DNA of 64,000 nucleotides from contig OZ245843.1 of assembly GCA_965228875.1 (NCBI GenBank), forward strand, positions 2,586,616-2,650,615, written 5' to 3'. The notes under the pieces were generated by a model. That model saw nothing but the letters and a program-made list of their open reading frames with translations. It did no database searches and was not told the DNA's origin. Below, piece by piece: positions 1 through 9,724 of this stretch. This DNA is from Thalassobaculaceae bacterium (GTDB lineage: Bacteria > Pseudomonadota > Alphaproteobacteria > Thalassobaculales > Thalassobaculaceae). The position numbers and the translations under genes were made by a program. Every line of letters begins with the position of its first letter. The first letter of the stretch is position 1.

Positions 1-78
1 CCACGCAGGAGGCACCGGCACGCGACGCCAGCTCCGCGAAGCCGCCGGACACCAGAGCCGGTCGGGTCGACGGGGCGA

Positions 79-945
79 TCATGCAGCCGCCTCCATCTCC
101 GGACGCAGGCCGAGCCGACGGCAGATCGCCGCGGTGAGCTGCGGGCGGTTCAGGGTGTAGAAGTGGAAGTCCTCGACCCCCTCCTCCATCAGCCTCAGGC
201 AGAGGTCGCTGGCCGTGCTGGCGGCGACGAGCTGACGGGTCTCCGGATCCGCGTCCAGGCCGTCGAACAGCTCCGCCATCCAGTCCGGCACATTGGCGCC
301 GCAGGCCTTGGAGAACCGCACGACGGTCTTGAAGTTGGTCACCGGCAGGATGCCCGGCACCACCGGCACGACGATGCCCGAGTCGGCGCACAGGTCGCGG
401 AACCGCAGGAAGGTATCGGCCTCGAAGAAATACTGGGTGATGGCGCGGGTCGCCCCGGCGTCGATCTTGCGCTTCAGGTTGTCGAGGTCCGCCTCGCGGT
501 TCGGGCTGTCCGGATGGACCTCCGGATAGGCGCCCACGGAGATCTCGAAATCGCCGATCCGCCGCAGGCCGGCGGTCAGCTCCGCGGCGTTGGCATATCC
601 GCCCGGATGCGGCTCGTAGCGGTCGGCGCCTTCCGGCGGATCGCCGCGCAGGGCGACGATGTGGTTGATCCCGGCCTGTTTCCAGTCGCGCACGATCGCG
701 TCGACCTCCTCGCGGGTCGCGCCGACGCAGGTCAGATGCGCCGCCGGGGTCAGGTCGCTCTCCCGCGCCAGACGGGTGACGATGCGGCTGGTGCGCTCGC
801 GGGTGCTGCCGCCGGCGCCGTAGGTCACGGACACGAAGGCCGGACGGTAGGCCTCCAGCCGTGAGACGGTATGCCAGAGCTTGGCCTCCCCCTCCTCGTC
901 CTTGGGCGGAAAGAACTCGAAGCTCACACGCGGTGTGTCGGACAT
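79..945 (-). CDS. metF: 5,10-methylenetetrahydrofolate reductase
   Basis: SFEFFPPK, SVTYGAGGSTR, AHLTC, ALRGD, AITQYFF and FHFYTLN motifs; start moved to MSDTPRV. Confidence 0.96.
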   Translation of the reverse strand: MSDTPRVSFEFFPPKDEEGEAKLWHTVSRLEAYRPAFVSVTYGAGGSTRERTSRIVTRLARESDLTPAAHLTCVGATREEVDAIVRDWKQAGINHIVALRGDPPEGADRYEPHPGGYANAAELTAGLRRIGDFEISVGAYPEVHPDSPNREADLDNLKRKIDAGATRAITQYFFEADTFLRFRDLCADSGIVVPVVPGILPVTNFKTVVRFSKACGANVPDWMAELFDGLDADPETRQLVAASTASDLCLRLMEEGVEDFHFYTLNRPQLTAAICRRLGLRPEMEAAA

Positions 946-958
946 GACGCTTATCCCC

Positions 959-1942
959 TCACGACGCCGCCCGCAGGACGGCGGTGTTGGTGTTTCCGGT
1001 ATCAAGATCGTTGGTGTCGGCCTTGCGGGCGCACCACAGGCAGACGGTCAGCGGGTCGCCGACGAGGCTGGCCATCGGCTCCAGACGCAGGCCGGCGCCG
1101 CTGGCCAGCCGCCCCAGCTCCTCCTGGGAGAAACCCAGCCAGCGGTGGGTATGCTGCTCGCGCAGTTCCTCGAGCTGATGCGGCGCGAAATCGACGAGGA
1201 TCGCCCGGCCGCCCGGCCGCAGCACCCGGGCCGCCTCGCGCAGGACCTCGCCCGGAACCTCGGCGTAGTGCAGCACCATGTTCAGGGTCACGGCGTCGAA
1301 CCGGTCGGCCGGGAACGGCAGGTGATACATGTCGGCCAGCCGGACCTGGCAGTTGCTCAGCCCGGCCCGGTCGAGCTTGTCGCGGGCGATCTCAAGCATC
1401 GGCTTGGCGTTGTCGACCCCCACCGCGCTGGTCACGTGGTCGGCCACATGCTCGAGCACCCGGCCGGTGCCGGTGCCGATGTCCAGCAGGTCCGTCACCG
1501 GCTCCGCCCGCACCGCCTCGACCACGCTGGCGTCGACCTGCGCGTCATCGACGTACAGGCCGCGCAGGTCCTCCCAGTGGACGGCGTTGTCGCGGAAATA
1601 GGCGGTCGCCCGCTCCGACCGTCGGGCACGGATGGTCTCCAGCCGGGCGAGATCGGTCTCGACGGTCGCGTCGTCCAGCGACACCAGCGGCGTCAGCGCC
1701 CGCGCCAGACCGCCGCCGGCCGTCCGTTCCGCCACCCGGTAATAGGCGCGCGCACCCTCGCGGTTCCGCTCCAGCACGCCGGCCTCGACCATCAGCTTGA
1801 GATGGCGGGACACCCGCGGCTGGCTCTGACCGAGGATGTCGACCAGCTCGGTGACGGACAGTTCAGACCGCGCGCACAGCACCAGGATCCGCAGCCGCGT
1901 CGGCTCGGCGATCGCCCTCAGTCCTGCAAGCACGTGATCCAT
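959..1942 (-). CDS. sahR: ArsR-HTH + SAM-methyltransferase-like regulator (SahR/SamR type)
   Basis: N-terminal ArsR HTH (SQPRVSRHLKLM), C-terminal LLDIGTGTG methyltransferase fold, directly upstream of metF. Confidence 0.85.
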   Translation of the reverse strand: MDHVLAGLRAIAEPTRLRILVLCARSELSVTELVDILGQSQPRVSRHLKLMVEAGVLERNREGARAYYRVAERTAGGGLARALTPLVSLDDATVETDLARLETIRARRSERATAYFRDNAVHWEDLRGLYVDDAQVDASVVEAVRAEPVTDLLDIGTGTGRVLEHVADHVTSAVGVDNAKPMLEIARDKLDRAGLSNCQVRLADMYHLPFPADRFDAVTLNMVLHYAEVPGEVLREAARVLRPGGRAILVDFAPHQLEELREQHTHRWLGFSQEELGRLASGAGLRLEPMASLVGDPLTVCLWCARKADTNDLDTGNTNTAVLRAAS

Positions 1943-1952
1943 ATGCCCTCAC

Positions 1953-1994
1953 CCTCGATAACGACATAAGGATATCTTTATGTGTTTATCGAGG
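1953..1994. promoter_or_regulatory. Imperfect palindrome, probable SahR operator
   Basis: Core ACATAAGGATATCTTTATGT (1964-1983) flanked by CCTCGATAA...TTATCGAGG, just upstream of the regulator start. Confidence 0.75.
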
Positions 1995-2035
1995 CAAGCG
2001 CGGATTCCGCCGTCGCTCGACCGAAACTGTTCCCC

Positions 2036-2947
2036 TCACGACACGCCATCTTCCCCGGCGATGGCCGTCAGGCCCTCCCGGTAGGTCGGGTAGGTCAGCC
2101 GCACGCCGAGCTCACGGGTGAGACGGCCGGTGTCGAGGCGCTTGCACTCGCTGTAGAAGCTCCGCGCCATGTCGGAGAGGTCGGCGCTGTCGAACGCGAC
2201 CGGCGTCGGCGGATCGATGCCGAGCAGGCCGGCGGCGAACACGATCGGGTCCGCCGGGGAACAGGCCTCGGTATCGGCGACGTTATAGATCCCGCCGTCG
2301 CGCGGCCGCGCCATCGAGGCGAGCAGGATCGAGCCGATATCGTCCACGTGGATGCGGTTGAAGACCTGGCCCGGCTTGTCGATGATCCGCGCCCTGCCGG
2401 ACCTGAGCTGGGCGATGGCGTTGCGGCCCTGCCCCGGACCGTAGATGCCGGCGACGCGGAAGACCTGTACCGCCACGTCGGTATCCGCGAAGCCGTCGCG
2501 CCAGGCGCGTTCCGCCGCCGCCCGCAGCTCGCCGCGACGGCTGCCGGGGGTCGGCGGCTCGTCCTCCGTCACCACCCCGCCCTGCCGGTCGCCGTAGACC
2601 GCCGGCGTGGACAGGTACCCGACCCATCGAAGCGTGGCGCAGGCCCGCAGATCGTCGCGGTGCCGCGCCAGGGCCGGCACCAGGATCTCGCGCGGCGGCA
2701 CGGTGTCGACCACGTGCGTGACGCCGGCGAACGGGTCGACGGCGACGATCGGTGCCGTGCCGTCGAACGCGTGCACTGTGACGCCCTCGGCGTCGGCCAG
2801 GCTGGCCGCCTTCTCCGCCGTACGGACGGTCCCGGACACCCGCCAGCCGGCGTCGCGCATCCGCCGGGCGAGGCGCAGGGCGGTATAGCCGAGGCCGAAG
2901 AAGAAGACATGGCCAGGGGGGATCGTCGGGGCGGGAAGGTCGGACAT
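2036..2947 (-). CDS. NAD-dependent epimerase/dehydratase (atypical SDR)
   Basis: FGLGYTA, YLSTPAVYGD, RVAGIYGPG and RIHVDD motifs. Confidence 0.85.
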   Translation of the reverse strand: MSDLPAPTIPPGHVFFFGLGYTALRLARRMRDAGWRVSGTVRTAEKAASLADAEGVTVHAFDGTAPIVAVDPFAGVTHVVDTVPPREILVPALARHRDDLRACATLRWVGYLSTPAVYGDRQGGVVTEDEPPTPGSRRGELRAAAERAWRDGFADTDVAVQVFRVAGIYGPGQGRNAIAQLRSGRARIIDKPGQVFNRIHVDDIGSILLASMARPRDGGIYNVADTEACSPADPIVFAAGLLGIDPPTPVAFDSADLSDMARSFYSECKRLDTGRLTRELGVRLTYPTYREGLTAIAGEDGVS

Positions 2948-3035
2948 GGCGCGCTCTCGGTTCGGGCTGTCGACCTGAACATGTCACGCGCGCGCGGTAT
3001 TGCCACCCGCTTCCGCGCCGCTATCGTCGCCACCC

Positions 3036-3503
3036 ATGGAAACGACGAACCGACGCCCCGGCGCGCCGCCGGCCGCCGCGCGCTCGCGCCAGGCCACCGC
3101 GGGCGATATCCCCGGCCTGTACCGGATCGTGGCGGCGGCGCGGGAGAACCGGCAGTTCGAGACGCCGGAGGGTTTCGCCGAGGCGGTCCGTCCGTTCATC
3201 GCGGCCGGGCTGTGCCGGGTGCTGACGCTCGCCGGGGCGATCGCCGGATTCGTCGCCGTCGATGCCCGGGCCGGATCGGTGGAGATGCTGTATGTCGACC
3301 CGGCGTTCGAGGGACGCACGGTCGGCCGCGCCCTGATGCGCCGGGCTCTGGACGACCTGGTCCGCCTCGGCCATCGGACCGCGTCGCTGGTCACCGCGCG
3401 GGACACGCGGGCCGAACGGTTCTACCGCGCCCAGGGCTGGACCGAGACGGCGGAGGTCGGCCGCGGCTCGATCCGCATGAAGAAGGCGTTGAGCGGACTG
3501 TAG
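3036..3503 (+). CDS. GNAT acetyltransferase
   Basis: LYVDPAFEGRTVGRALM and AERFYRAQGW motifs. Confidence 0.8.
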   Translation: METTNRRPGAPPAAARSRQATAGDIPGLYRIVAAARENRQFETPEGFAEAVRPFIAAGLCRVLTLAGAIAGFVAVDARAGSVEMLYVDPAFEGRTVGRALMRRALDDLVRLGHRTASLVTARDTRAERFYRAQGWTETAEVGRGSIRMKKALSGL

Positions 3504-3505
3504 GG

Positions 3506-5593
3506 TCAGCCCGTCCGCCGCCTCCGACGTCGCCGACCCTCGCCGTCTCCCCCGGCCTCGCCCGGTGCGGGACGGGCGGGAAGCGTCACTTCGGCCGCCA
3601 GGTTCGGGAACGGCGCGGTCGCGTGCGGCAGCGCCATGGCGTCGACGAAATGCTCCTGGAACCGCGGCTCGACCGCCGTCTCCACCTTCTCGACCTGGCG
3701 GACAACCCGCTCGATCTCGCGCCGGGCGCCGGCGTTGAGAAGCGCCATCCGGGCGCCGGTTCCGGCCGCGTTGCCGACCGACCAGACCTTGTCGAGCCGG
3801 CAGTCGGGGATCATGCCGAGCACCATGGCATACTTGGTGTCGATGTGACTGCCGAAGGCGCCGGCCAGGATCACCCGGTCGACCGTCGTGACCCCCATCT
3901 TGTCCATCAGCAGGGCCGCACCGGCATAGAGCGCGGCCTTGGCGAGCTGGATGGCGCGCACGTCGGTCTGGGTGATGACCACCTCCGGCGACAGCCGGTA
4001 GGAGAACGTGCGGCCGTCCGACTCGATCCGTTCGGTGCGCGCGGCCATGGCGCCGTCGATGGTCCCGTCGGCCTTCAGCAGCCCGGTCAGCACCATCTCG
4101 GCCAGGACCTCGATGATGCCGGAGCCGCAGATGCCGGTAACCCCGGTGCGCCAGATCTCCGACTGGAAGCCGTCCTCGTCGGACCAGAGATCGAGGCCGA
4201 TCACCTTGAAGCGCGGCTCCAGGGTTTCGGGATCGATGCGGACCCGCTCGACGGCGCCGGGGGCGGCGCGCTGGCCGCAGGCGATCTGCGCGCCCTCGAA
4301 GGCCGGGCCGGTCGGCGAGGAGGCGGCGAGCAGCCGGTGGCGGTTGCCGAGCACGATCTCGGCATTGGTGCCGACATCGACGATCAGCGTCATCTCGTCC
4401 TGCTGGTGCGGTCCCTCCGACAGGATCACGGCCGCCGTGTCGGCGCCGACATGCCCGGCGATGCAGGGCAGGCCGTAGGCCCTGGCGTCCGGGTGCAGGG
4501 TGATGCCGAGTTCGCTGGCATGCAGGTTCACGGCGGTGTCGATCGCCAGCGCGAAGGGCGCCCCGCCGAGCTCGGTCGGGTCGATGCCGAGCATCAGGTG
4601 GTGCATGATCGGGTTGCCGACGAAGACCAGGTCGACGATGTCCTCGACATCGACCGCCGCCTCCTGGGCGACCTGCGCCGCCAGATGGTTGACCGCCTCG
4701 CGCACGACGTTGGTGAGTTCGACCTCGCCGCCGGGGTTCATCATGACGTAGGAGACCCGGCTCATCAGATCCTCGCCAAAGCGGATCTGCGGGTTCATCA
4801 CGCCGCTGGAGGCCACGACGGCGCCGGTGCCGAGATCGCAGAGATGGGCCGACATGGTGGTCGATCCGATATCGACGGCGAGGCCGTAGATCTTCTCCTT
4901 GAACCCCGGCCACACGCCGGTCACCCGCCGCCCTTCGCGCAGGCAGACCGTGACCTTCCAGTTCCCGTCGCGCAGCGCCTTCTGCAGGTAGCCGAGCACC
5001 GGCAGGTCGCAGCTCACGTCGGCGGCGATGCCCCAGTCCGGCCACTGCTCGCGCAGACTCTCGCAGAGCCGGCGGAAATCGCCCGACGGCTCGTGCATGT
5101 CCGGCTCGCGCACCTCGACATAGTGCAGCTTGTGGATCGGATTGATCTCGATCGCCCGCACCTCGGCGCGCTTGCGCACGATCTGGCGGTGGACCTGGCT
5201 GGTCTCCGGGACGTCGATGACGACATCCCCGAGCAGTTGGGTCGAGCAGGACAGGCGGCGGCCGGCGGCGAGGCCGCGCTTGCTCCGGTAACGCAGCTCG
5301 TTGCGCGCCGGCTCGCTCAGGTTGCCGGCGCGGCTGTCGACCTGGAACTTGGAGAACCGGCCCTCGCTCAGGGTGATCTGGCAGCGCCCGCAGATGCCGC
5401 GCCCGCCGCAGACGGAATCGATATCGACGCCGAGCGCCCGTGCCGCCTGCAGCACGGGCGTGCCGACCGGGAAGGAGCCACGGCGCCCCGATGGCGTGAA
5501 GACGACGAAGGCCTGTTCCGCCTCGTCGTTCGAAGCGGGTCTGTCAGATCCGGCTGCGGGCGAAGTGCCCGGCGGGCTGTTGGCGTCGTCCAT
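3506..5593 (-). CDS. ASKHA ATPase with N-terminal 2Fe-2S domain; reductive activator of corrinoid proteins (RACo/DUF4445)
   Basis: CGGRGICGRC...C ferredoxin, DIGSTT, DVGTNAE, GPAFEG, GICGSG and LAGAFG motifs. Confidence 0.9.
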   Translation of the reverse strand: MDDANSPPGTSPAAGSDRPASNDEAEQAFVVFTPSGRRGSFPVGTPVLQAARALGVDIDSVCGGRGICGRCQITLSEGRFSKFQVDSRAGNLSEPARNELRYRSKRGLAAGRRLSCSTQLLGDVVIDVPETSQVHRQIVRKRAEVRAIEINPIHKLHYVEVREPDMHEPSGDFRRLCESLREQWPDWGIAADVSCDLPVLGYLQKALRDGNWKVTVCLREGRRVTGVWPGFKEKIYGLAVDIGSTTMSAHLCDLGTGAVVASSGVMNPQIRFGEDLMSRVSYVMMNPGGEVELTNVVREAVNHLAAQVAQEAAVDVEDIVDLVFVGNPIMHHLMLGIDPTELGGAPFALAIDTAVNLHASELGITLHPDARAYGLPCIAGHVGADTAAVILSEGPHQQDEMTLIVDVGTNAEIVLGNRHRLLAASSPTGPAFEGAQIACGQRAAPGAVERVRIDPETLEPRFKVIGLDLWSDEDGFQSEIWRTGVTGICGSGIIEVLAEMVLTGLLKADGTIDGAMAARTERIESDGRTFSYRLSPEVVITQTDVRAIQLAKAALYAGAALLMDKMGVTTVDRVILAGAFGSHIDTKYAMVLGMIPDCRLDKVWSVGNAAGTGARMALLNAGARREIERVVRQVEKVETAVEPRFQEHFVDAMALPHATAPFPNLAAEVTLPARPAPGEAGGDGEGRRRRRRRTG

Positions 5594-5638
5594 GTCCGGT
5601 TCAGCGTCCCTCCGTCCGTGTCGATGCCGTCGCGTCGC

Positions 5639-6547
5639 CTAGGCCCGGCGGCGCCGGCGTTCGCGGCCGCCGCGCGCGCCAACCATGTCCTGGCCCTCCG
5701 CCGCCGGTTCGCGGAACCGCCTGATCCAGCGCCGGCACTCCGGGTCGTGGCCCATCATCACGTCGGCACCCATCACGCCGGCCATCTCCTCGGCATGCAG
5801 CGGGTTCATGATCGCCGAGGTCATGCCGGACCCGATCGCCATGGTCAGGAAGGCGGCGTTCAGCGCGTGGCGGTTGGGCAGACCGAAGGAAATGTTGGAG
5901 GCGCCGCAGGTGGTGTTCACCCCCAGTTCCTCGCGCAGCCGACGGATCAGCCGCATGGCCGAGTGTCCGGCCAGGTTCAGCGCGCCGACCGGCATGACCA
6001 GCGGATCGACGACCACATCGGCGCGCGGGATGCCGTAATCCTCGGCCCGCTCGACGATCTTCTTCGCCACCTCGTAGCGCACGTCCGGATCCTCGGAGAT
6101 GCCGGTCTCGTCGTTGGAGATCGCGACCACCGCGGCACCGTATTTCTTGATCAGCGGTAGCACGACCTCGAGCCGCTCCTCCTCGCCGGTGACCGAATTG
6201 ACCAGCGCCTTGCCCCGGTAGACGGACAGGCCCGCCTCCAGCGCCTCGACGATGGAGCTGTCGATCGACAGCGGCACTTCGGTGACCGACTGAACCAGCT
6301 TGATCGACTCCGCCAGGATCGCCGGCTCGTCGGCCAGCGGGATCCCGGCGTTGACGTCCAGCATGGTGGCGCCCGCCTCGACCTGGGCGCGGGCGTCGGA
6401 CTCGACCCGGCTGTAGTCGCCGGCGGCCATCTCGGCGGCCAGCAGCTTGCGGCCGGTCGGGTTGATGCGCTCGCCGATGACGCAGAACGGGCGCTCGAAC
6501 CCGATGGCGATTTCCTTGGTGGCGGAACTGACGACGGTGTCGACCAT
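5639..6547 (-). CDS. Methyltetrahydrofolate:corrinoid methyltransferase (stand-alone pterin-binding module of split MetH)
   Basis: IGERINPTGRK, LDVNAG, LSIDSS, ALVNSV and GASNISFGLP motifs; start MVDTVV. Confidence 0.9.
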   Translation of the reverse strand: MVDTVVSSATKEIAIGFERPFCVIGERINPTGRKLLAAEMAAGDYSRVESDARAQVEAGATMLDVNAGIPLADEPAILAESIKLVQSVTEVPLSIDSSIVEALEAGLSVYRGKALVNSVTGEEERLEVVLPLIKKYGAAVVAISNDETGISEDPDVRYEVAKKIVERAEDYGIPRADVVVDPLVMPVGALNLAGHSAMRLIRRLREELGVNTTCGASNISFGLPNRHALNAAFLTMAIGSGMTSAIMNPLHAEEMAGVMGADVMMGHDPECRRWIRRFREPAAEGQDMVGARGGRERRRRRA

Positions 6548-6579
6548 GGGGCGCGTCTCCGGGTACGGGTTGCTGCGGG

Positions 6580-7506
6580 TCAGGAGGCCGCGCGGGCCTG
6601 ATCGGACGCGCCGAGGTGAAGGGCGGCCTTGCGGGGGTCCACGGCGAACGCGCCGGCGACAAGGGTATTGGCCCAATCGGCGGTCCTCGCCAGGCCGCCG
6701 AACGGATAGAAGTGCAGCTTCTCGATGCCGCACTCCGGGTCGCCCGCCTTGTAGGCGGCGAGTTCGAGCACCAGCCGGTCGGGCGCCTGCACCAGCATCA
6801 GCTTCGCCAGGTTGCGGGCCTGTCGGGTCAGCACCCGGATCGACGGTCCGACGCCGGACATCTGCGCGAATTTCAGCAGCGTCTTCAGCGAGGCGAGACC
6901 GGGCACGCCGAGATGGATCGGCAGGGTGTTGCCCCAGCCCCGGATCCGCTTGTCCCAGGCGATGATGGCGCCGGCGTCGAAGCAGAACTGGGTCTCGATA
7001 TACAGATCCAGGCCGCGCTCGGCGGCGAAGCGGTTCTTCCAGAGCAGCGCGTCCTTCAGCGCCGTCTCGTCGATGTCCGGGCTGCCCTCGGGATGACCGG
7101 CGACGCCGATCCGGCGGATGCCCCGGGCCTCGAACAGGCCGGTCGCCAGCATCTCCATGGAGGAGGCGTAGGGACCGAGCGGGCGGTCCACCCCGCCGGC
7201 GATGGCCAGCGCCTGGGTCACGCCGGCCTCGTCGGCGAGGCGGCCGAGATAGCGGTCCAGCATCGCCGCGTCGGCGATCGAGCGGGCGGCGACATGGGGT
7301 ACCGGCTCGAACCCCTCGCGGCGCAGGCGGACGGCGACGGCGATCGTGTCGTCGATATCGCTGCCGGGCAGAAAGGTCACGTTGACGGTGGTTCCGGGGG
7401 CGAGATGGTCCGCGAACGATGCGACCTTGGCGGCGGAGGCCGGAGTGGTCTCGACGGAGAAGCCCGACATCAGGGCCATCACGTCATGCGCGTTCGCTGG
7501 TGCCAT
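6580..7506 (-). CDS. Second, divergent MTHFR-family flavoprotein
   Basis: VPHVAAR, VAGHPEG, TQFCFD and LHFYPFGG motifs. Confidence 0.85.
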   Translation of the reverse strand: MAPANAHDVMALMSGFSVETTPASAAKVASFADHLAPGTTVNVTFLPGSDIDDTIAVAVRLRREGFEPVPHVAARSIADAAMLDRYLGRLADEAGVTQALAIAGGVDRPLGPYASSMEMLATGLFEARGIRRIGVAGHPEGSPDIDETALKDALLWKNRFAAERGLDLYIETQFCFDAGAIIAWDKRIRGWGNTLPIHLGVPGLASLKTLLKFAQMSGVGPSIRVLTRQARNLAKLMLVQAPDRLVLELAAYKAGDPECGIEKLHFYPFGGLARTADWANTLVAGAFAVDPRKAALHLGASDQARAAS

Positions 7507-7712
7507 CTAAGTCCCCTTCCCGTACCGGAGGCGTCCGGATCGCCTTTCCTATATGCGGCCTCGCGCGCCGGCCCGATTGCCGCGCGCCGCCATCCTCAAT
7601 CCCAAATCCGACACACAGTCGTGCCGGCGACGCACCGCGCCGGGGATTGCGCCGCAGACCGGCCTGGGGCAGAGGAATTGGCGCCGTTTGCAACCCGCCG
7701 AGGCGACACCCG

Positions 7713-8195
7713 ATGACCGAGCGCAGCCGCACCTATTCCTGGGCCGACCCCGCCCCCCTGGCCGAGGCGACCCGCGCGCTGGACGGCCTCACCCTGCTGA
7801 CGGAGATCAAGGACGGCGAGCTGCCGGCACCCAGCATCGCCGCGACCATGGGCTTTCGCCTGATCGAGGTCGCCGAGGGCCGGGCGGTGTTCCAGGGAGA
7901 GTGGCAGGAATTCCTCTCCAACCCGGCGGGCACGCTGCACGGCGGCTGGTACGGCACGATCCTGGACAGCGCCATGGGCTGCGCGGTGCATTCGACCCTG
8001 CCGGCCGGCACCGGCTACACCACGCTGGAATACAAGGTCCACATCACCCGCGGCGCCGGACCGGATGCCGGCGCGCTGCGCGCCGAGGGCCAGGTGATCC
8101 ATCGCGGCCGGCGCACGGCGACCGCGGAAGCCAAGCTGACCGACGCGGCGGGCAAGGTCTACGCCCACGCGACGACGACCTGCATCATTCTGTAG
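7713..8195 (+). CDS. PaaI family thioesterase
   Basis: NPAGTLHGGWYGTILDSAMG hotdog motif. Confidence 0.9.
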   Translation: MTERSRTYSWADPAPLAEATRALDGLTLLTEIKDGELPAPSIAATMGFRLIEVAEGRAVFQGEWQEFLSNPAGTLHGGWYGTILDSAMGCAVHSTLPAGTGYTTLEYKVHITRGAGPDAGALRAEGQVIHRGRRTATAEAKLTDAAGKVYAHATTTCIIL

Positions 8196-8229
8196 TTGCG
8201 CCGGCTGTAGTCGCGCGGGGCCGCCGCTG

Positions 8230-9426
8230 TCAGGCCCGGATCAGGTCCAAGGGAAGCCGGCTCAGCACCTCCGGCGCGCCGTCGGTGACCACCACCGTCT
8301 CGCCCAGGCCCATGGCGAGGCCGGAGCGGGTATCGCCCAGCATGACGTGCGGGAAGAACACCATGCCGGGCCGCAACTCCAGCGGATTGCCGGCGTAGAT
8401 CATCGGCGGCACGTCCATCCACGACGGCCGGTACGTAGCACCCAGCGAATAGCCGCAGGCGGCATACCGCACCTCCGCGTAGCCCGCGGCGTCGAGCCGG
8501 GCGCGGTGGATCTCGTCGACCCGGCCGAGCGGCTCGCCGGCACGGAACGCCGCCAGCATCTCCTCCAGCGTGTCGCGGACCAGGGAGTGCATCGCCCGCT
8601 GGTCGTCGGACACTTCCCCGACGGCGACGCAGCGCTCGATGCAGGCGTTGTAGCGGCGGTAGGTGCCGGCCAGTTCGACCATCACCAGGTCCCGGTCGCC
8701 GAGGCCCCGGGCACCGCCGACGCCGCGCCCGTAGACCGCCCGCGCGCCGGAGTTCACCAGCGGACCCGCCGGCGGCATGTCGCCGCCGCCCTCCAGCATG
8801 GCCTTCATCGCGGCGGCGGTCAGGGCACTGTCCAGCACGCCCGGCCTGGCGGTCCCGGCGATCGCCGTCACCGCCGCGTCGGCCAGGCCGGCGGCGCGGC
8901 GCATCAGGTCAAGCTCGGCCGGCGACTTCACCACCCGCAGGCCGCGCACGATGTCGCTCGCCTCGACCAGATCGACGACGCCGTCCGCCGCGTCGAACAC
9001 GGCGCGGCAGTTGAAGCCGGTGAGGCTGTAGCTGTCGGTCTCGATGCCGACGCGCCGGCCGGACAGGCCGCCGTCCTTCAGGATCGACAGGAGATCCCGC
9101 GCCGGCGCCGCGTCCTCGGCGTTCAGCCACACCCGGACCTCCTCGATCCGGGACGTATCGCGCGCCTGGGCGACGTCCGGGCGGCGGCACAGCAGCGTGG
9201 TCGGCCGGTCCTCGGCGTGCAGGACGGCGCACTGGAAGAACACGTAGCCGCCGCCGTCGTAGCCGAACAGGTAGTAGAGGCTCTCCTGGGCGAAGACGAT
9301 CAGGGCGTCGAGCCCGCGCTCCGCCATCGTCCGGCGGGCGGCGGCGACACGGGCGTCGTACTCGCCGTCGGCGACCGGACGCAGGCCGGACCCGGAGGCG
9401 GGGTCGGTGCCGGGGTCGGGGGTCAC
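8230..9426 (-). CDS. M24 family (Xaa-Pro peptidase/creatinase-like) hydrolase
   Basis: Creatinase N-domain, LRVVKSPAE, ACGYSLG, LRPGMVFF and GETVVVT; GTG start approximate. Confidence 0.85.
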   Translation of the reverse strand: MTPDPGTDPASGSGLRPVADGEYDARVAAARRTMAERGLDALIVFAQESLYYLFGYDGGGYVFFQCAVLHAEDRPTTLLCRRPDVAQARDTSRIEEVRVWLNAEDAAPARDLLSILKDGGLSGRRVGIETDSYSLTGFNCRAVFDAADGVVDLVEASDIVRGLRVVKSPAELDLMRRAAGLADAAVTAIAGTARPGVLDSALTAAAMKAMLEGGGDMPPAGPLVNSGARAVYGRGVGGARGLGDRDLVMVELAGTYRRYNACIERCVAVGEVSDDQRAMHSLVRDTLEEMLAAFRAGEPLGRVDEIHRARLDAAGYAEVRYAACGYSLGATYRPSWMDVPPMIYAGNPLELRPGMVFFPHVMLGDTRSGLAMGLGETVVVTDGAPEVLSRLPLDLIRA

Positions 9427-9433
9427 CGGGGCG

Positions 9434-9679
9434 TCAGGCGCGGTCGTCGCGCCGGCCGCGGGCGACGTATTCGCCGGTCCGCTCGTCGCGCACCAGGTCG
9501 ACCACGTCTTCGCGCGCGCCCGGCGCCCGCTCGGCGGGACCGTCGTCGCGGCGGCCCGCGGCGGCACCGTCGGTGGTCTTGCGCTTGCGCGCCGCGTCGA
9601 GCCGTCCGATCAGCCGGAAGCCGTACCAGACCACGGCGATGATGGCTGCGAGCGTTGCGAGTTTCGAGATACTGAACAT
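9434..9679 (-). CDS. Small hypothetical protein with N-terminal membrane anchor
   Basis: MFSISKLATLAAIIAVVWYGFRLIG followed by a charged tail; co-directional with neighbours. Confidence 0.7.
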   Translation of the reverse strand: MFSISKLATLAAIIAVVWYGFRLIGRLDAARKRKTTDGAAAGRRDDGPAERAPGAREDVVDLVRDERTGEYVARGRRDDRA

Positions 9680-9724
9680 GCGACTAGATTTGACCGACCG
9701 GGCGTCCCGGCGCAAGAGCGGCGG

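Noticed and set aside
1982..6160. 1392-aa ORF on the + strand
   Set aside because: Antisense shadow of real minus-strand genes in high-GC DNA; no motifs. The same applies to 20116-22140, 27620-29605, 36656-39082, 52924-55233 and 56987-59356.
7507..7712. Possible SAM, cobalamin or THF riboswitch before the second MTHFR operon
   Set aside because: No recognisable conserved riboswitch core; a GTC-N8-GAC pair is too weak to call.
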